Shown here in pieces: positions 52,035-64,000 of a DNA stretch of 64,000 nucleotides. Position 1 is the first letter of the stretch. Each line of letters begins with the position of its first letter. Location: positions 44,578,001 through 44,642,000 of the forward strand of contig CM060731.1 of assembly GCA_030704615.1 (NCBI GenBank), in the 5' to 3' direction. This DNA comes from Takakia lepidozioides. Taxonomy: Eukaryota > Plantae > Bryophyta. A program made the position numbers and the translations under genes. The notes under the pieces are model-generated. The model did no database searches, was not told the origin of the DNA, and saw nothing but the letters and a program-made list of their open reading frames with translations.

Positions 52035-54053
52035 CTATAGGCTTGGACCTCACAGTTCTGCACGATGCCATTCAAATCTGACTGAGTAATTTGCAAATAG
52101 TGAACGGCGGTAACGACCATCATTTTGTCTCGAAGAAACTCACAATGAATGGTGTGAAACAAATTCAGAACCATCTACACAAGCAAAGCTGATCCTGCCG
52201 AATTCAAAACAAAAGCGAGAGCGATAGCGAACGGCGTTAACGACAATCACAAAAGATAAGGACCTGCCGGATCGGTGTTGTGTAATGACATATATGTGTA
52301 AGTGATTGGCGGCAATGACATTCAATATAGTTTAGGGCGGACAGTAAGTGCAGATTATTTAGATTGACTCCATTGTGATTACCGTCGCAAGCATTCACAG
52401 TTTCCTGTCTATGTCGAGAGTACTTTCCAATTGATACTCTACAGTATGGTCTTCAAATCTTTGATTGGCGGTACCGCCTTTCCACTTCTCTATCTGTTCA
52501 ACCTCATACAAAGAAAATGCATTGCAATACATTATGACTGAATATGCCGACCCTCACTCTCTCTTCAAACACATAGGTAAATAAATCTCATGAGGAGAAT
52601 CAAATGGCGTTAACGACGCTCGCAATTCAGTAGACTTCAATCACATGTTCCTGCTAAAGAAGGGAAGATGAAGGACTGCTTGAAAGGCAATCAGACAGAC
52701 TGTATGATTTGAACAACGGTGATTGACGGTACCGTCAGTCACCCACTCATTGTGCGGTAAACCCTTAACAGAGGAGTAGAAAGCAAATCATCGTTGTTTC
52801 GTGGTGATGGTCGGTAGCGACAATCCCTTTCTGGGACATTCCACTCAATCTCTACGCAGATCTTCAACAATGAAATGTAAGTTAGAGAAAACTTACTGGC
52901 GCCTTCTTAGGTTTTGAAATTGGATCCCCTTCTGCAGCTTTCCTCTTCCCTCTCACATCTGCTGGAATTTCTGTCTGCTCTAGGGTTTTGGACCTTCTCC
53001 CGGTTCAGCGTTCCTCATGCTTCCACCTCCTTCAGTTTCCCTACGAGTCATCTCTGCATCCACAGGCTGGTTTCCAACGCGCACTGTTATCGCCGACTGT
53101 GTCACAGCCGCTGCCTCAGTCTCGGTCTGCTCTTGTGAATCAGTCTCCGCGTTCACCTGCTGCCTTGGCCCTGTGTTCTCCAACAAACGACGCCTCGTCG
53201 TTTGCTCTCTTGCTCTGCGTCTCTCTCTAAGGGAAGTAAAATAAAGAGACTTTCTTCTCTTTCGTATTGTAGAAGGAACCCTCTCCAGCTTGACTACCAC
53301 TCTCCCTCTAAGCGCGAAAAGTAGAAAAACGAAGTGACTCCCGATTTCTTGCGGGATTGCGTGCGTTGTTTCTTGTCTCTAGAAGCATCGGATTCCCTCT
53401 CGCGTGACCGTTACACATAGTCGTTCCCTTATTAGCACATGCCAGCAATTAGTGTACAGCTGTTCGTATTCAGTTATCGATGTTTGACGTGTGTCGCCCA
53501 AAATAAACGGCGTGTTCTTTATTAGAACGGTTTCAATATTTAAAAATAACAGCGAATCCCATAAATCTTGGCGCACAGTCTTAGACAAATATATGTAAAT
53601 GAACGAGAGTTTGATGACAAATTTTGGGATATCATACACGGTCATCCTTGTTAGCCAACCCCACGTTCGTTTCACATTTTGAACTTTCCAGGTGCGCATG
53701 ATCATTGGTAGTAGTATAAAGATACATTTACTTAATCTGCAATCCCACCCTCAGATCCTGTGGCATGCTTCCAGGAAGTCGGCTTGTTATTGTGTTTATT
53801 GATGAGGTTCTGATTAACGGTTTAACAGCTGCCGACATTGCTCCTAGGGATACTCTGACCACTGGGCCCACAAGAAAAGTAATTAAAATGGACGGCTGCA
53901 TATCTGGAAAGAATAACAGAATATGCACAGTCGTCGTCTGAGCTTCCTCCGCCATATTCTCTGCTCATTCTTCAACTGTGTTCTGGAGACATCAGTAAAC
54001 CGATTTACACTAGGTCTGCGATAGCAAGGTATCAACGTACGCGAGGAAGGAAG

Positions 54054-55373
54054 ATGGCTTCCTCTGAAGCGGAGTTCTTCTCTGACGACAAACCAGTGCC
54101 GTTCTCCTAGGAAGTCCTTGACAATGGATTTGCAATTGTTCTGGAACATGTCTTGGCTACCCGTTTTCAGCTTCAGAATGGCTCCATCTTTTTGGAGAAA
54201 GAGGTGTACGATTTGAAAGGGAAGTTGTTGAAATACTCTTTCCAAAACCGTGATGAGACGGCTCATATCAGCCAGTGGAGAGTGCGCCTTGGTCGATACA
54301 GAGTATTTGGAGAGCCTCGGCGAAAGTCCCTTGGATCATATGTGACGCCCGGGACTGCTGCTTCGGTCGTTGAAGACAAGAGGGAGGTGGTGGTGAAAAA
54401 AGAACAGACGTCCTCCACTCCAATCGTTGAGCTTTCGGATTCGTCCGATGATGACATAGGTGAAATTCCAAATCCAGTCCTTCCTACTGTGGTTGGAGAA
54501 GCTGATGAAGAAGAGATTTGTAGTGTCATTCCAAAATTACGGGTGATGGGAGGAATGGCTGGATTCAAAAGTGAGTTGCGAGGAATTGATTGGGAATCTT
54601 TGAAGCAGGTGCCTGTGAAGTTCTTGCCAGAGACTTTTGATGGTGATATCCTATTCGAGCTGCCTCCTCCTCCGCGAGTTGGAGGTGTAACAATCTTGAT
54701 GCATGGAATGGACAAGAAACACGACGGGCACCCGTGGTGCAGAACAAAAACATCCAATATTCAGAATGATGACAAGCTTGTTTTCAGGAGAACAGTTTGC
54801 AATGGACACCTTAGGTGTGATAATTTGAATTGCAGACACTTTCTTCAGTCTGGGGTTTATAATCAAAGCGAATGGGAGGGTCTGGCGGAAAATCCATTTC
54901 AGCCTGGGACTGCCCCTCCACCGGCAAACACTTTCGTCTGCAAATTCTGCAAACTTGTGCCATCCTGCTTGGCGCTCTGCGGAGCAAGAATGTACTATGT
55001 TGTCCACCGTTTGAAAACAATGACAAGAGCTTGTGTGCATTTCGGATTCCATAATCATCCTGTCTCGAAGGGGGATTACAGGGAGAGTGTTGAGACAGTA
55101 TCGAGGTTGATTAAACAGGAGTTCGGGAGAAACCCATCCGCAACAACATCTGCAATTGCTCTTGGCGCAAGCAAGTCCTTCTTGGAAAGCCATATTTTGA
55201 GTGAAGGGGATTCTGTGGGGACTAAACTTGACGGTGCAGCATTGGACCTGGTCATGGATCATTTCTCCACTTTGAGTTCACCTAACATTCGGCATCAGAT
55301 CAATGCATTAATAATGGGCTCTGGTATCAGAGGCTACATAGACAACATTTTGGAGTTGAAACAAGTGAGCAAG
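54054..55373 (+). pseudogene. N-terminal part of a GCM/WRKY-like zinc-domain (MULE-like) transposase, truncated by LTR-element insertion
   Basis: ATG 54054 is in frame with ORF 54153 apart from one TAG at 54108. Motifs DKKHDGHPW, CNGHLRCDNLNC, CKFC..C..LCGARMYY and RACVHFGFHNHPV. The ORF breaks into AT-rich LTR-element sequence at ~55373. Confidence 0.7.
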
Positions 55374-55853
55374 GTCTATTTATTCAACACTTAAAAATAT
55401 TAACAACAAAAATCTCTAAAAAAATCTTAATCGAATCCTCCTAAAGAGGGTATTCACTCCCAACTTTAAGAAAGATTAGGCTCTGATACCATTGTAACAC
55501 CCAGGATCTACATAAACTAGAATAGAAGTACTTCTCAAATTTTTCCCAAAACAACTCGATGTCTTCTAAGCTTTCATTGCATGTTTATATACCCTTCATA
55601 ATATGATTATTTTAAAGGTTTGATTTGATAGTCTCAAGTCAAAACTTCCTAAAGTCAACCTTCTTAGGTTTGACATATTCTCCACAATATTACTTTATCA
55701 AACATTTGACCTACTCTCCATAATATAAATATGTTATAAGTTTGACTTAAGAGCCTCAAGTCAAACTTCCTAGGAATCTTCCTAGTTATTTTTGGAAACT
55801 TCTAGGGAACTTTCCTCCTCCATCTAGAACATTTTAGATTTTACCCTGTTACA
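55374..55853 (-). mobile_element. LTR retrotransposon 5' LTR (55493-55853) with tRNA-iMet PBS and truncated internal region
   Basis: TGTAACA..TGTTACA inverted ends. On the minus strand TGGTATCAGAGCC lies immediately downstream of the LTR (55479-55491). Confidence 0.85.
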
Positions 55854-57197
55854 CTATGACATCAGAGAACGAACGTGAGAACCTTCACCTAACCTCGCCA
55901 ATGCATCTGACAAAATCCAAGAGTTTCATCAACGATATCCAGCTAAGCCCCGAGCTACACATCAGTAAGACGTCACAACGATGATGTCAGCCAAGTTAGC
56001 TTCAAGGTGAAGACTCCACATTCAGTGTACCTTATACACGCTAAGGATGGAGGAGCACCACATATCAATATATATAGCTACACTTCCAACACTCTTGCAT
56101 CTTGTATTGGCAGGAGTCACATGAACCAGATACATTGGAGCTGTCGCTTACCCAACCACCAGATCAGCCGTTCCGACTCTCACGACCTTCGACATCATGC
56201 CGACGCTTTCGAGACGATGGGCCACCAATACGACGCGTACTTCCTCGTCTGGACCCCGTACGACGGCAATTGAAGCCTACTCGAAGTCTGATAATTCTGT
56301 TGGAGGTTGAGGCTTTGGACCCAAAGGGCAACGAAATCATGTTTGAAGGTAGTTTCGAAAATCAGAATGTTCAAATCACTGCATGGTCCCAAGTTCAAGG
56401 TGTTGGACACTATCGATGGTTGCAGGGACCTATAAATCATTTGAGTCAAGAACGAAGAGCCGAATACTTGGCAAGTACCATTCACGGATTTTGGATTTTC
56501 TCCAGCTCTAAGCAAGTCCAAGATTTTACCGCTCCTCGAAGAACTCGGCGCTAAAGGAGGGGGTGATGTCACAGACATAGCCCAGAGGAACTTACCAGGA
56601 GTAAATACCAGAAATTATCAAGTTATCATGTTACCAAAAGTTACCGTGATCTATCATGATCTACTATGATTTATTATAAATTATCATTAGTTATAAAATT
56701 ACCGGGAGTTTACCAAATTACCGAGAGTAATTTGGGAAACTGCTCAGGAAGCTTCATTTGGATGGAACTTCTCCATCAAGGTACCTCCTTTGTTTAAGGA
56801 AACTTCTCCATCAAAAAACCTTTGTTTAACCTTGGAAGCATCTCCATCACGAAACCTCATTTGGGGAAACCTCTTAGGGAACCTCCTAGTAGTCAATATA
56901 TATAGGAGGCGAGACTGGACATTCTTCAGTCTTGCCAACACCAGTTCAAGCTACTTTTGTTTCCAGTTCCCAATACTCTAGCCCAGTTTCCAGTATCTGG
57001 TATTCCAGTCGAGTTTCCAGCATTCCAGTATTCAAGTCGCGTTCCAATATCTTGTACTCTTGTTCATTGTTATAAAGATCGTCTTGATTCATATTTACTC
57101 ATCATGCATTCGGCCACGTCGACCTTGACTTCTTGTCTAGTCTTGTACCTTTAGTTTGATCGCTTGTTTGTGTTCAGTCATGTTCCCGTCCTTGACA
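55854..57197 (+). mobile_element. 3' end of an LTR retrotransposon: internal remnant, PPT and 3' LTR (56567-57197)
   Basis: PPT AAAGGAGGGGGTGA (56553-56566) precedes TGTCA..TGACA. TATA-like TATATATAGG at ~56897. hAT coding sequence resumes right after 57197. Confidence 0.8.
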
Positions 57198-59140
57198 CTC
57201 TTCTTCATTTGCTTTCAGGGGGCCGACCCATGACAGAATATGAGAGAATGCAAGATTTGTATGAGTATTTGGAGATCCAGAATAACCCCAAAATGCATTG
57301 GAGTGCTACAAGTGGCTAGATTATGGCAGAGTTTATGTATAATGAGGTTCAACAGGCTATGCTGACTAAGAGCTGCCAAATTTGTTGACTTGTGATGAGG
57401 TAACCTTTGTGGACAATGGCTCGTGAATCAGCGTCCATGCATACATTGTGCAGAACTAGGTAAGAATCCCCGTCACGATCTCTCTCCAAAAATTGTGGAC
57501 GAGAGTGGGGCTGATAACCTCATTCTAGTCATAATGGATACATTGCGAAAGGGTGGAGGACTCACTGAATCTTCTGTAGCTCAGAAATTGCTTTGTTTTG
57601 GGGCTGATGGTGTGAGCACTTTCCAAGGTGTAAGGAATGGTGTCACAAAGCAAATTGCATCCAAACATGCTCCCTTCTATATGGGGGTGCATTGCATGGC
57701 ACATAGGTGCAATTTGACCTTCAAGACATTATCCCAGTTGAGCATTGTTAGTGGCATTGAGACTTTGCTTCAGACCAGCCATGCCTATTTTGCACACAGC
57801 CCCAAAAGACAATTGGAATTCACCAAGCTTGCAGACTTGATGAAAACAAAGGGTCTGAAAATGCTTCGGAATGTGAAAATGCGGTGGGTGTCCATCATTG
57901 AACCAATGAAACGGATTTTGGCCAAGTACAGACCCTTCCTGGCCAAAATGCAGATCGACAAGACGGACAACAAAGCTGCAAAGGTATGGTAATTAGAATT
58001 TGTTGGCTTGTGTGCATGTTTTATCATGTTATGCATGTTTATGATTAACTAGTTCATTCGGCATTTCTGATGTGGTATGTTGTTGTGGTGTGTGGCAGGG
58101 TTTGCTGGCTTTGTTATGTGACCCATATACTATGTTGGGTATGTGTTGCATTCTCCCCCTCCTTGAGAGTATCGATTGTTTGGTGCAGTTTGCACAAGAC
58201 TGGAATATTTTCATGTGTGACATGGTTGCTGCGATTAAAATTTGTTAGGGGGAGTTGTACTCCTTGTACATTGACTGGGGACTTTTGCAAGTGATGAGTT
58301 CTGGTATTTTTAGAGCTTGTTGGATTGTAGCCATGAGCAAATCCACCTCAAGTGGGTGGTTGACTTGAACAACAACTCACAATATTTGGTTTATATTGTG
58401 AATGGGGAGCAAGTGTGGGCTAACCATGTGTCTGCTGCATCCATGCCCATTGTGCATGTGACTGGTACTGCTGACTTGGTGATAGTGGAGGCACAAGTAA
58501 GGCAGGGTGTGGATGGGGCTGAGGTGGAGGGTCCGCGGAACTATGTGAACAAGGACTTATGGAACAACCTCGTGGCCAGAGCCAAAAATGAATGTTCAGG
58601 TAATATATTTAACTGCCATGTCCCTTGAAATCTGATTACCCTAGTTGAAATCTGGTTACCATTGTTGTTGCTGTGACTGTCCAGGCTCTTGGAAATCTAG
58701 TTACCATTATTGCTGCTGTGACTGTTCAGGCTTGATTTTTTTGCTCTAACTTTAAGCGCATGTGGGTGTGCAGTTGCAACCATGCAACTTGTGGAGGAGC
58801 TGAATATCAGATTTCCTCAGCACTCAGTGCTTGACGCCATGGGAATTGTGTACCCACAGTACTGGTTGCAATCAGGGGCTGAGGATAGTTTTAGGAAGCA
58901 CATTTGAGGTGCTCAAGAGCTGGTATGGCGAGTCTAGAATTTTTGGCGGGGGGGCTAATCAGAAAACAATTCAGCCCACCCTCAATCGCTGGGACTTGGA
59001 CTCCCAGCAAGGTATGTTCAAGTTGAGTATGAAATCCAATGTTTTGACAGCCATGGAACCCCCCTTTGACGTCAACCCTCTCACAAAGATCTGGAGAACT
59101 ATTCATGCATCTCGCGTACTAAAACAAGCTGCGGTCTGGC
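57198..59140 (+). pseudogene. hAT transposase remnant (ZNF862-like)
   Basis: LLHLLSGGRPMTEYE..HWSATSG*, CDEVT.VDN, FGADGVSTFQGVRNGV, VHCMAHRCNL, YFAHSPKR, VK.RWVS, RFP..GIVYPQYW, LDSQQGMFKLSM..NPLTKIW. Stops and frameshifts present. Confidence 0.85.
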
Positions 59141-59764
59141 CTTGATCCCCACCTAGCGGTGGTGGTGGGTATGTATGGCCAAAAATTCTTTGGCCTAATG
59201 ATTTCCCGTACAAATCATGCTTTGACAAGTGGAGTGGAGCGATGCCCCGTGGTCGTTATGGTCTCTGCTTAGATTTACAGAGTTCTTTTGTGCTGGAGGG
59301 CAGATTCAAGAGCCCTTTTGTTTCCATCATCTCCGCGAGTGTAGTGAGAATATTGACGTTGACATTTGGTATTTGGGCAATTTTCATTGGGGCATGCTGC
59401 CTAGACAACCTATTTTGGACTTGGTAGCTTAGTATTAGTCCCCCCTTGCATATTCAGATTGCAAGAGACATCATTGTTGTCTCTGCAGGTTCAGATTGAG
59501 TTTTTTGCATCTGCAACTTAGTGCCTTTTGGGCCCAAGACGCAATATATTTATTTAATTTGAGTACAAGGGCTTCTGTCCATTTTTTATTTAAAAAATCA
59601 TTAAAAAATCTGTTATTGCCATGTGTCCCATCCAAAGTGGGCTAGAGTCGACCCTGGTTAAATGTTAAATGCTTTTTTGTTATGTTATCCTTAATGTTAT
59701 GAAATCTTGGTTTTGCAAAAATTTACACTTGAAAACAACAACAGAACATAGACATAATGGTTTT

Positions 59765-60165
59765 GTTGAGGGAGGTAAAAAACAATTGTTAAGATAATAT
59801 CTGTTTTCAAAACCATTACGTTTTAAAAAAAAATAAAATTACCTCAAAAATAGTTTTTTAGGGAGGTCAAAAATAATTGTTGAGGTAATATCTGTTTTCA
59901 AAACCATTATGTTTTTTTTTAAAGAAAATTACCTCAACAATAGTTTTTGAGGGAGGTAAGAAATAATTGTTGAGGTAATATCAGTTTTCAAAACTATTAT
60001 GTTTTAAAAAAAAAGAAAACTACCTCAAAAATAGTGGAAGGTCAAAAACAATTGTTGATGTAATATCTGTTTTCAAAACCATCATGTTTTTTTTTAAAGA
60101 AAATGACCTCTACAATAGTTTTTTTGAGGGAGGTCACATACAATTGTTGAGGTAATATCTATTAA
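59765..60165. repeat. ~90-bp AT-rich tandem repeat, ~4.5 copies, with internal inverted TTGAGGTAAT/ATTACCTCAA
   Basis: The unit GAGGGAGGT..AATTGTTGAGGTAATATCTGTTTTCAAAACCATTATGTTTT..AAAATTACCTCAA recurs at ~59768, 59859, 59949, 60037 and 60126. Confidence 0.9.
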
Positions 60166-60829
60166 ACATAATGGTTGATATATGATAAAAGAAATACAAG
60201 ATATGTTATAATTTTTCTGCTCTATAGGAATAACAATTATCTAGGGTCGACTGTATAGAGCCAGATTAATGACATTGGCCTCTTTATGATAGCCACTTTG
60301 CTGCAATATAAAGGCCCTTGGAGCCAGGTTTATCTGCCCTGCTTTGACAAGTGTCGCCCTTGCAATGTCTTCTTGGTCATGTATGGTCGTCATATTGCGA
60401 CACTACGGTGCGTAGCTGTAGTCACGTACAATCCACATGGAAAACAGCTGGTTTGCCACCTATGCACTCTACCCCACCAGTTTGTAGCCACATGGCCACT
60501 GTACATGAAATGAAAAAAAATGGGCTGTCCGTAATCAGTGTACCAAGAACCATTCATCCTCAAAAGGATGGCATTTCTACGAAACACATAACTGGGAACG
60601 CATCCCGAGAGATCAGACCATATCAATACCTAAGCTATGCTTTGGCAGAGACCATTTAATGTGTAAGAGCCTGAGTGCCTGGTAGCAGGGAAATTGTCTT
60701 TACCCTACTTGCCAATATAGTTGCCCTAGAGGGTACTTTTCCAAACTAAGTCCATTGACTTTCTGTAAGCAGAAGGGGTCTATCTGTAATTAAGCCTTGC
60801 AGCTTTCGAGGAAGCTTTGAGATGCTTCT

Positions 60830-61295
60830 AATTTACTTCTCTTTCAAACTCAGGGGAACGAGTGGAGGGGGACACGGAGGTCGCTCCACGCTGGAGGAGG
60901 GAGGTCGGGCCAGATGCATTCATCTTGCGTTGTGCTGTTGCAGATGATACCTTGGAGACCCCAGGTGTTTTGAAAGTTTGCATGAATAGCTGTCGCATTC
61001 CTTCCGTCTTTGTTGATATGTGCACAAGTTTTGGCCCACGCTTTCCTGGACTCAGTTTGCAAGTCATAGAATATGTTCGCTAGCAGAGCAGAGATGGTGG
61101 AAGTTTGAGCTGTGAATGTGTTCTTACAACGCAACTTCCACAGGTGCCACAAAGGTTGCTCCTCTAAGGGTTTCAAAGACCTGGCAGTTGATAGATCTGC
61201 TCTTAGTCATAGTTTAGAAGGAGGTCAGTAGGTGAGAGTAGCCTAGAGTTCCAATGATGGTAGAGACTTTTCACCAGTGGCCAAATCCTAGCTGG
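60830..61295 (-). mobile_element. C-terminal fragment of an L1-type LINE ORF2
   Basis: LWHLWKLRCKNTF..(W..W..R..F motif typical of the L1 ORF2 C-terminus). Cut at ~61300 by the LTR-like repeat. Confidence 0.5.
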
Positions 61296-61299
61296 GTCT

Positions 61300-63250
61300 T
61301 TGACGAGCCCTGAGTGTGCGCGGTCAGGGCGACGATACCCTAGCCTAGTGGGGTCGTGGTAAGTCGCGGTGTAGGTTGGGCTCAAGAAACCGCCTACCCG
61401 GCTGCGGTTAGTGCAGGGTTCGCGGACTGTATGGGGGCCTAAACTATCATTTCTAATTTTCTACCGGCAAAGAGGAGCTCAGATGCTCCCCTCTATAGGG
61501 CGTTTTGCGTTTCCTAGTCCTACGGTCTGTTTATGGTTTTTAAGGTTTAGAACGTAACTGCTTTCCAAGTCTTGTTTATTGCTACTTCCTACCGCCTAAA
61601 TCCCCGAGGCGCTAATAGCTGGGGTATTTATTTACCTCTTCACAAAGCATTTCCCGGATTTAAGGAGGAGGGGTACCGTGTCCCTCTCCCACTGCCCGCT
61701 CAAGTGCTTGAATTCAAGACACCCCTTGGGAAGGGCCAAACCCCTCCTTAAAAGTCCACCTTTTGATGTTAAGGGGGTCCGGATAAATGGGCCTAATTTA
61801 CAACATATAACAATACAAATAATAAATAATAAACAATAAATAAAACAGAAAATAAAAGTTAAACTCTAATAGTATGGAATCCTCCTAGGATCCCAAAGAT
61901 CCATCTGGTATCTCCAAGGGAAGTCAAATAACTAGTGGGAATGCCCCTTTGTTCCAAGGAACCGAGAACTCCACTTCCTTCTCCCAATGCCCCTCTTTCT
62001 CCAGGGCTTGAGGCAAGTTCTCCCCAAGAAGGGCTCAGTTTGTCCCTTTCCAATTCCTATCTTTAGCTTGAGGAAAGTTAATAAGCAACGGAAGCTTTAA
62101 TAAGTTAAAAGGGTCACTCAATTTACCTTTTAGTCACTCAAGTTCTTATAAGTTCAAAAAGTTCAATCAAAAGTCCTAATTCTTATATGGGAATTTCCTC
62201 ACCAAGAAAATTAGGAAAATATTTATAAATTCAAAAATCCGAAAAAAATCTCCCAGGAAGAATGTCATGGGGGAAGCCCAAAGGTGCTAAAATCGCCCCT
62301 AACAGATTGCGGGAACATCAGGGAATGTCGGGGAACGTTAGGGCCGTCAGGGAACAAGTTCCCCGTCATTGGGAACTACTGCACCGTTGTGGATGTACTG
62401 AATCTGTCTAATGAAGCCCCTTGTTCATTCGTTAGTTCTTAAAACGTGCCCTATTGAGGTGCAAATGCAACCTATGGTGGGGCCAGGGACTATTTCGTCC
62501 TAACTATATTAATTTAGGGGATTCCAACGCGTTCCCCTCTCTGGATTCGGTCATCCTCTCCGTGGGGAATGACACGTTGTGCCACTGTAGCCGTGGAACC
62601 CGGGTAGTGTACTTTTGATCCACCCCCGTCTCTAGCTGCCTCTACCTCTCCTGCTCAACTTGGTGGGTCGCGCCTGCTCCTCTCTGGCTAGGCTGAACCG
62701 CCTCCACCTAGGCTCTCTCTCATTCCAAGCACGGAATTTTTCTACCGCTAACAAAGGAGCATGCACACAATAATCCCTTAAGGAGGTATACATTAATCAA
62801 ATAGTGTAGAGTGAGAGACCCCCCCTTAAAACCCGCGACCAGCGGTCGTGGGGTAAAACGTGACGGCGACCACCACGTAGCGATGCACCAGGCCTCGCGG
62901 GCGCCGCCTTGCGGTCAGTCGGTGAACTCAAAAAAATCAGCACGTGGGGGCTGTCCCAAGCCCCGCCTTCCCTGCCGTGCACTGCTGCAGTCAATTCCTA
63001 TTTTCGGCCCCGTGCGGAGAGCAGCGCCAGGGCGCCTCAAGCTGGTTGACCTCCAGCTATTGATGGTTGACCTCCTCGGCTATTCCACTACTTCCCACGC
63101 CCTACCCGGGGCTATGGTGGAGGGGGCCAGGCCTGATCAACAACAAAATAAACAAAACAAACAAAAAAAGAAAACCAGCCCCCTAGCCCAAGGCTTAATG
63201 TCTTCCTCTTTGGGGAGACTGTTAGCGATATCCTTCGGCCCCTGGCCTAT
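61300..63250. mobile_element. Solo-LTR-like dispersed repeat
   Basis: Starts TGACGAGCCC. Homologous in inverted orientation to 41947-43665. Right boundary approximate. Confidence 0.55.
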
Positions 63251-64000
63251 AATTGATCTGATGTCCCTTATGGACAACGGCCTAGCTAACCTCTTGTTAG
63301 TTAGAATAAAACAAAGCAAAACATTATAGCTTCGAACCTCTCGAGCTTAAAACAATTGAACGCTCTTCCTCTTTTCTAGGACAGGAGTCAGGGGGCCACA
63401 CACACTCCCCTAGTTGTGACCAAGGCCCTCTTGGCTCACACACATACAAATCAACAAGACAACAATCAAATCTAAATTTTAGACTTTCCACATGACCTTC
63501 TCTTGAAAATCAGAGCTGCTTGTTCATAGCAATGCAAATGGCTCAACAGCCGACAATGGGTGGGGCTAGATTCCAACTCTAGCCCCCATGAAATAAACAA
63601 AGAAATAAACAAAGTATGAGGAAAGCACAAGGAAGAAACAAGGGGGCCTTGCCTCCTTTTTATATTGTTTTTGAGCCTAATAAACTCATGAAAATATTCA
63701 TTAAATTATTGTTTCTTTGGAAGATCTATAATATAATATTTAACATGGATAAAAAGTCTTAGAGACAAATGAAAGCTGGCTTTCATCCATCCAATTGGAT
63801 GACCAGTTGGCGAGAGTTGTCATTTCATCCATCCAGCTCCTCCAGGCGAATTTCAGGATTTTTCATCCATCCAAGAAGTAGAAACTCAAATAATCAGCTC
63901 CCATGAGTGTCATCGACTCAATAATTTGGCGCTGCTGCTAATCTGCTCCATAAATCACCAAACTTGGTGAAAAACTACAATTATATACCCCGTATCAGCT

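Noticed and set aside
55322-55334. PBS-like TGGTATCAGAG inside the GCM ORF
   Set aside because: It is not preceded by an LTR end (..CA) and lies within an open coding frame; treated as coincidence.
57198-57235. Alternative LTR end at CATGACA (57235)
   Set aside because: These bases encode LLHLLSGGRPMT, in frame with the hAT transposase, so the LTR more plausibly ends at TTGACA 57197.

Overview
Eukaryotic nuclear DNA, most likely from a non-seed land plant. This is inferred from the spliceosomal introns, a class I formin, a type-D-like nsLTP and TE families typical of bryophytes and ferns. The first ~13 kb is genic: a hAT-type MITE with an 8-bp TSD, a two-exon non-specific lipid-transfer protein gene (+) and a five-exon class I formin gene (-). 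The formin has one apparent homopolymer frameshift. The remaining ~50 kb is a nest of decayed mobile elements: (i) a 5'-truncated RLE-type LINE encoding RT, RNase H and a restriction-like endonuclease, plus an unexpected chromodomain and a PCIF1/CAPAM-like adenine-methyltransferase-like domain, ending in a structured 3' UTR and a (CT)n tract; (ii) an 18.2-kb CACTA element with perfect 21-bp TIRs and a TAC TSD, containing a second CACTA with transposase, LINE fragments, an LTR-like repeat and amplified OSB/PDF-motif gene fragments; (iii) an intron-containing pseudogene fusing a ParB-like domain to a prokaryote-type beta-class amino-DNA methyltransferase, placed head-to-head with a GCM-like zinc-domain (MULE-like) transposase ORF, with six 24-bp palindromes in one intron; (iv) two LTRs with PBS or PPT, a ZNF862-like hAT transposase remnant and several tandem repeats. 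The two best candidates for an undescribed system are the two methyltransferase-carrying mobile elements. All domain assignments are by-eye motif recognition and have not been verified by database search.
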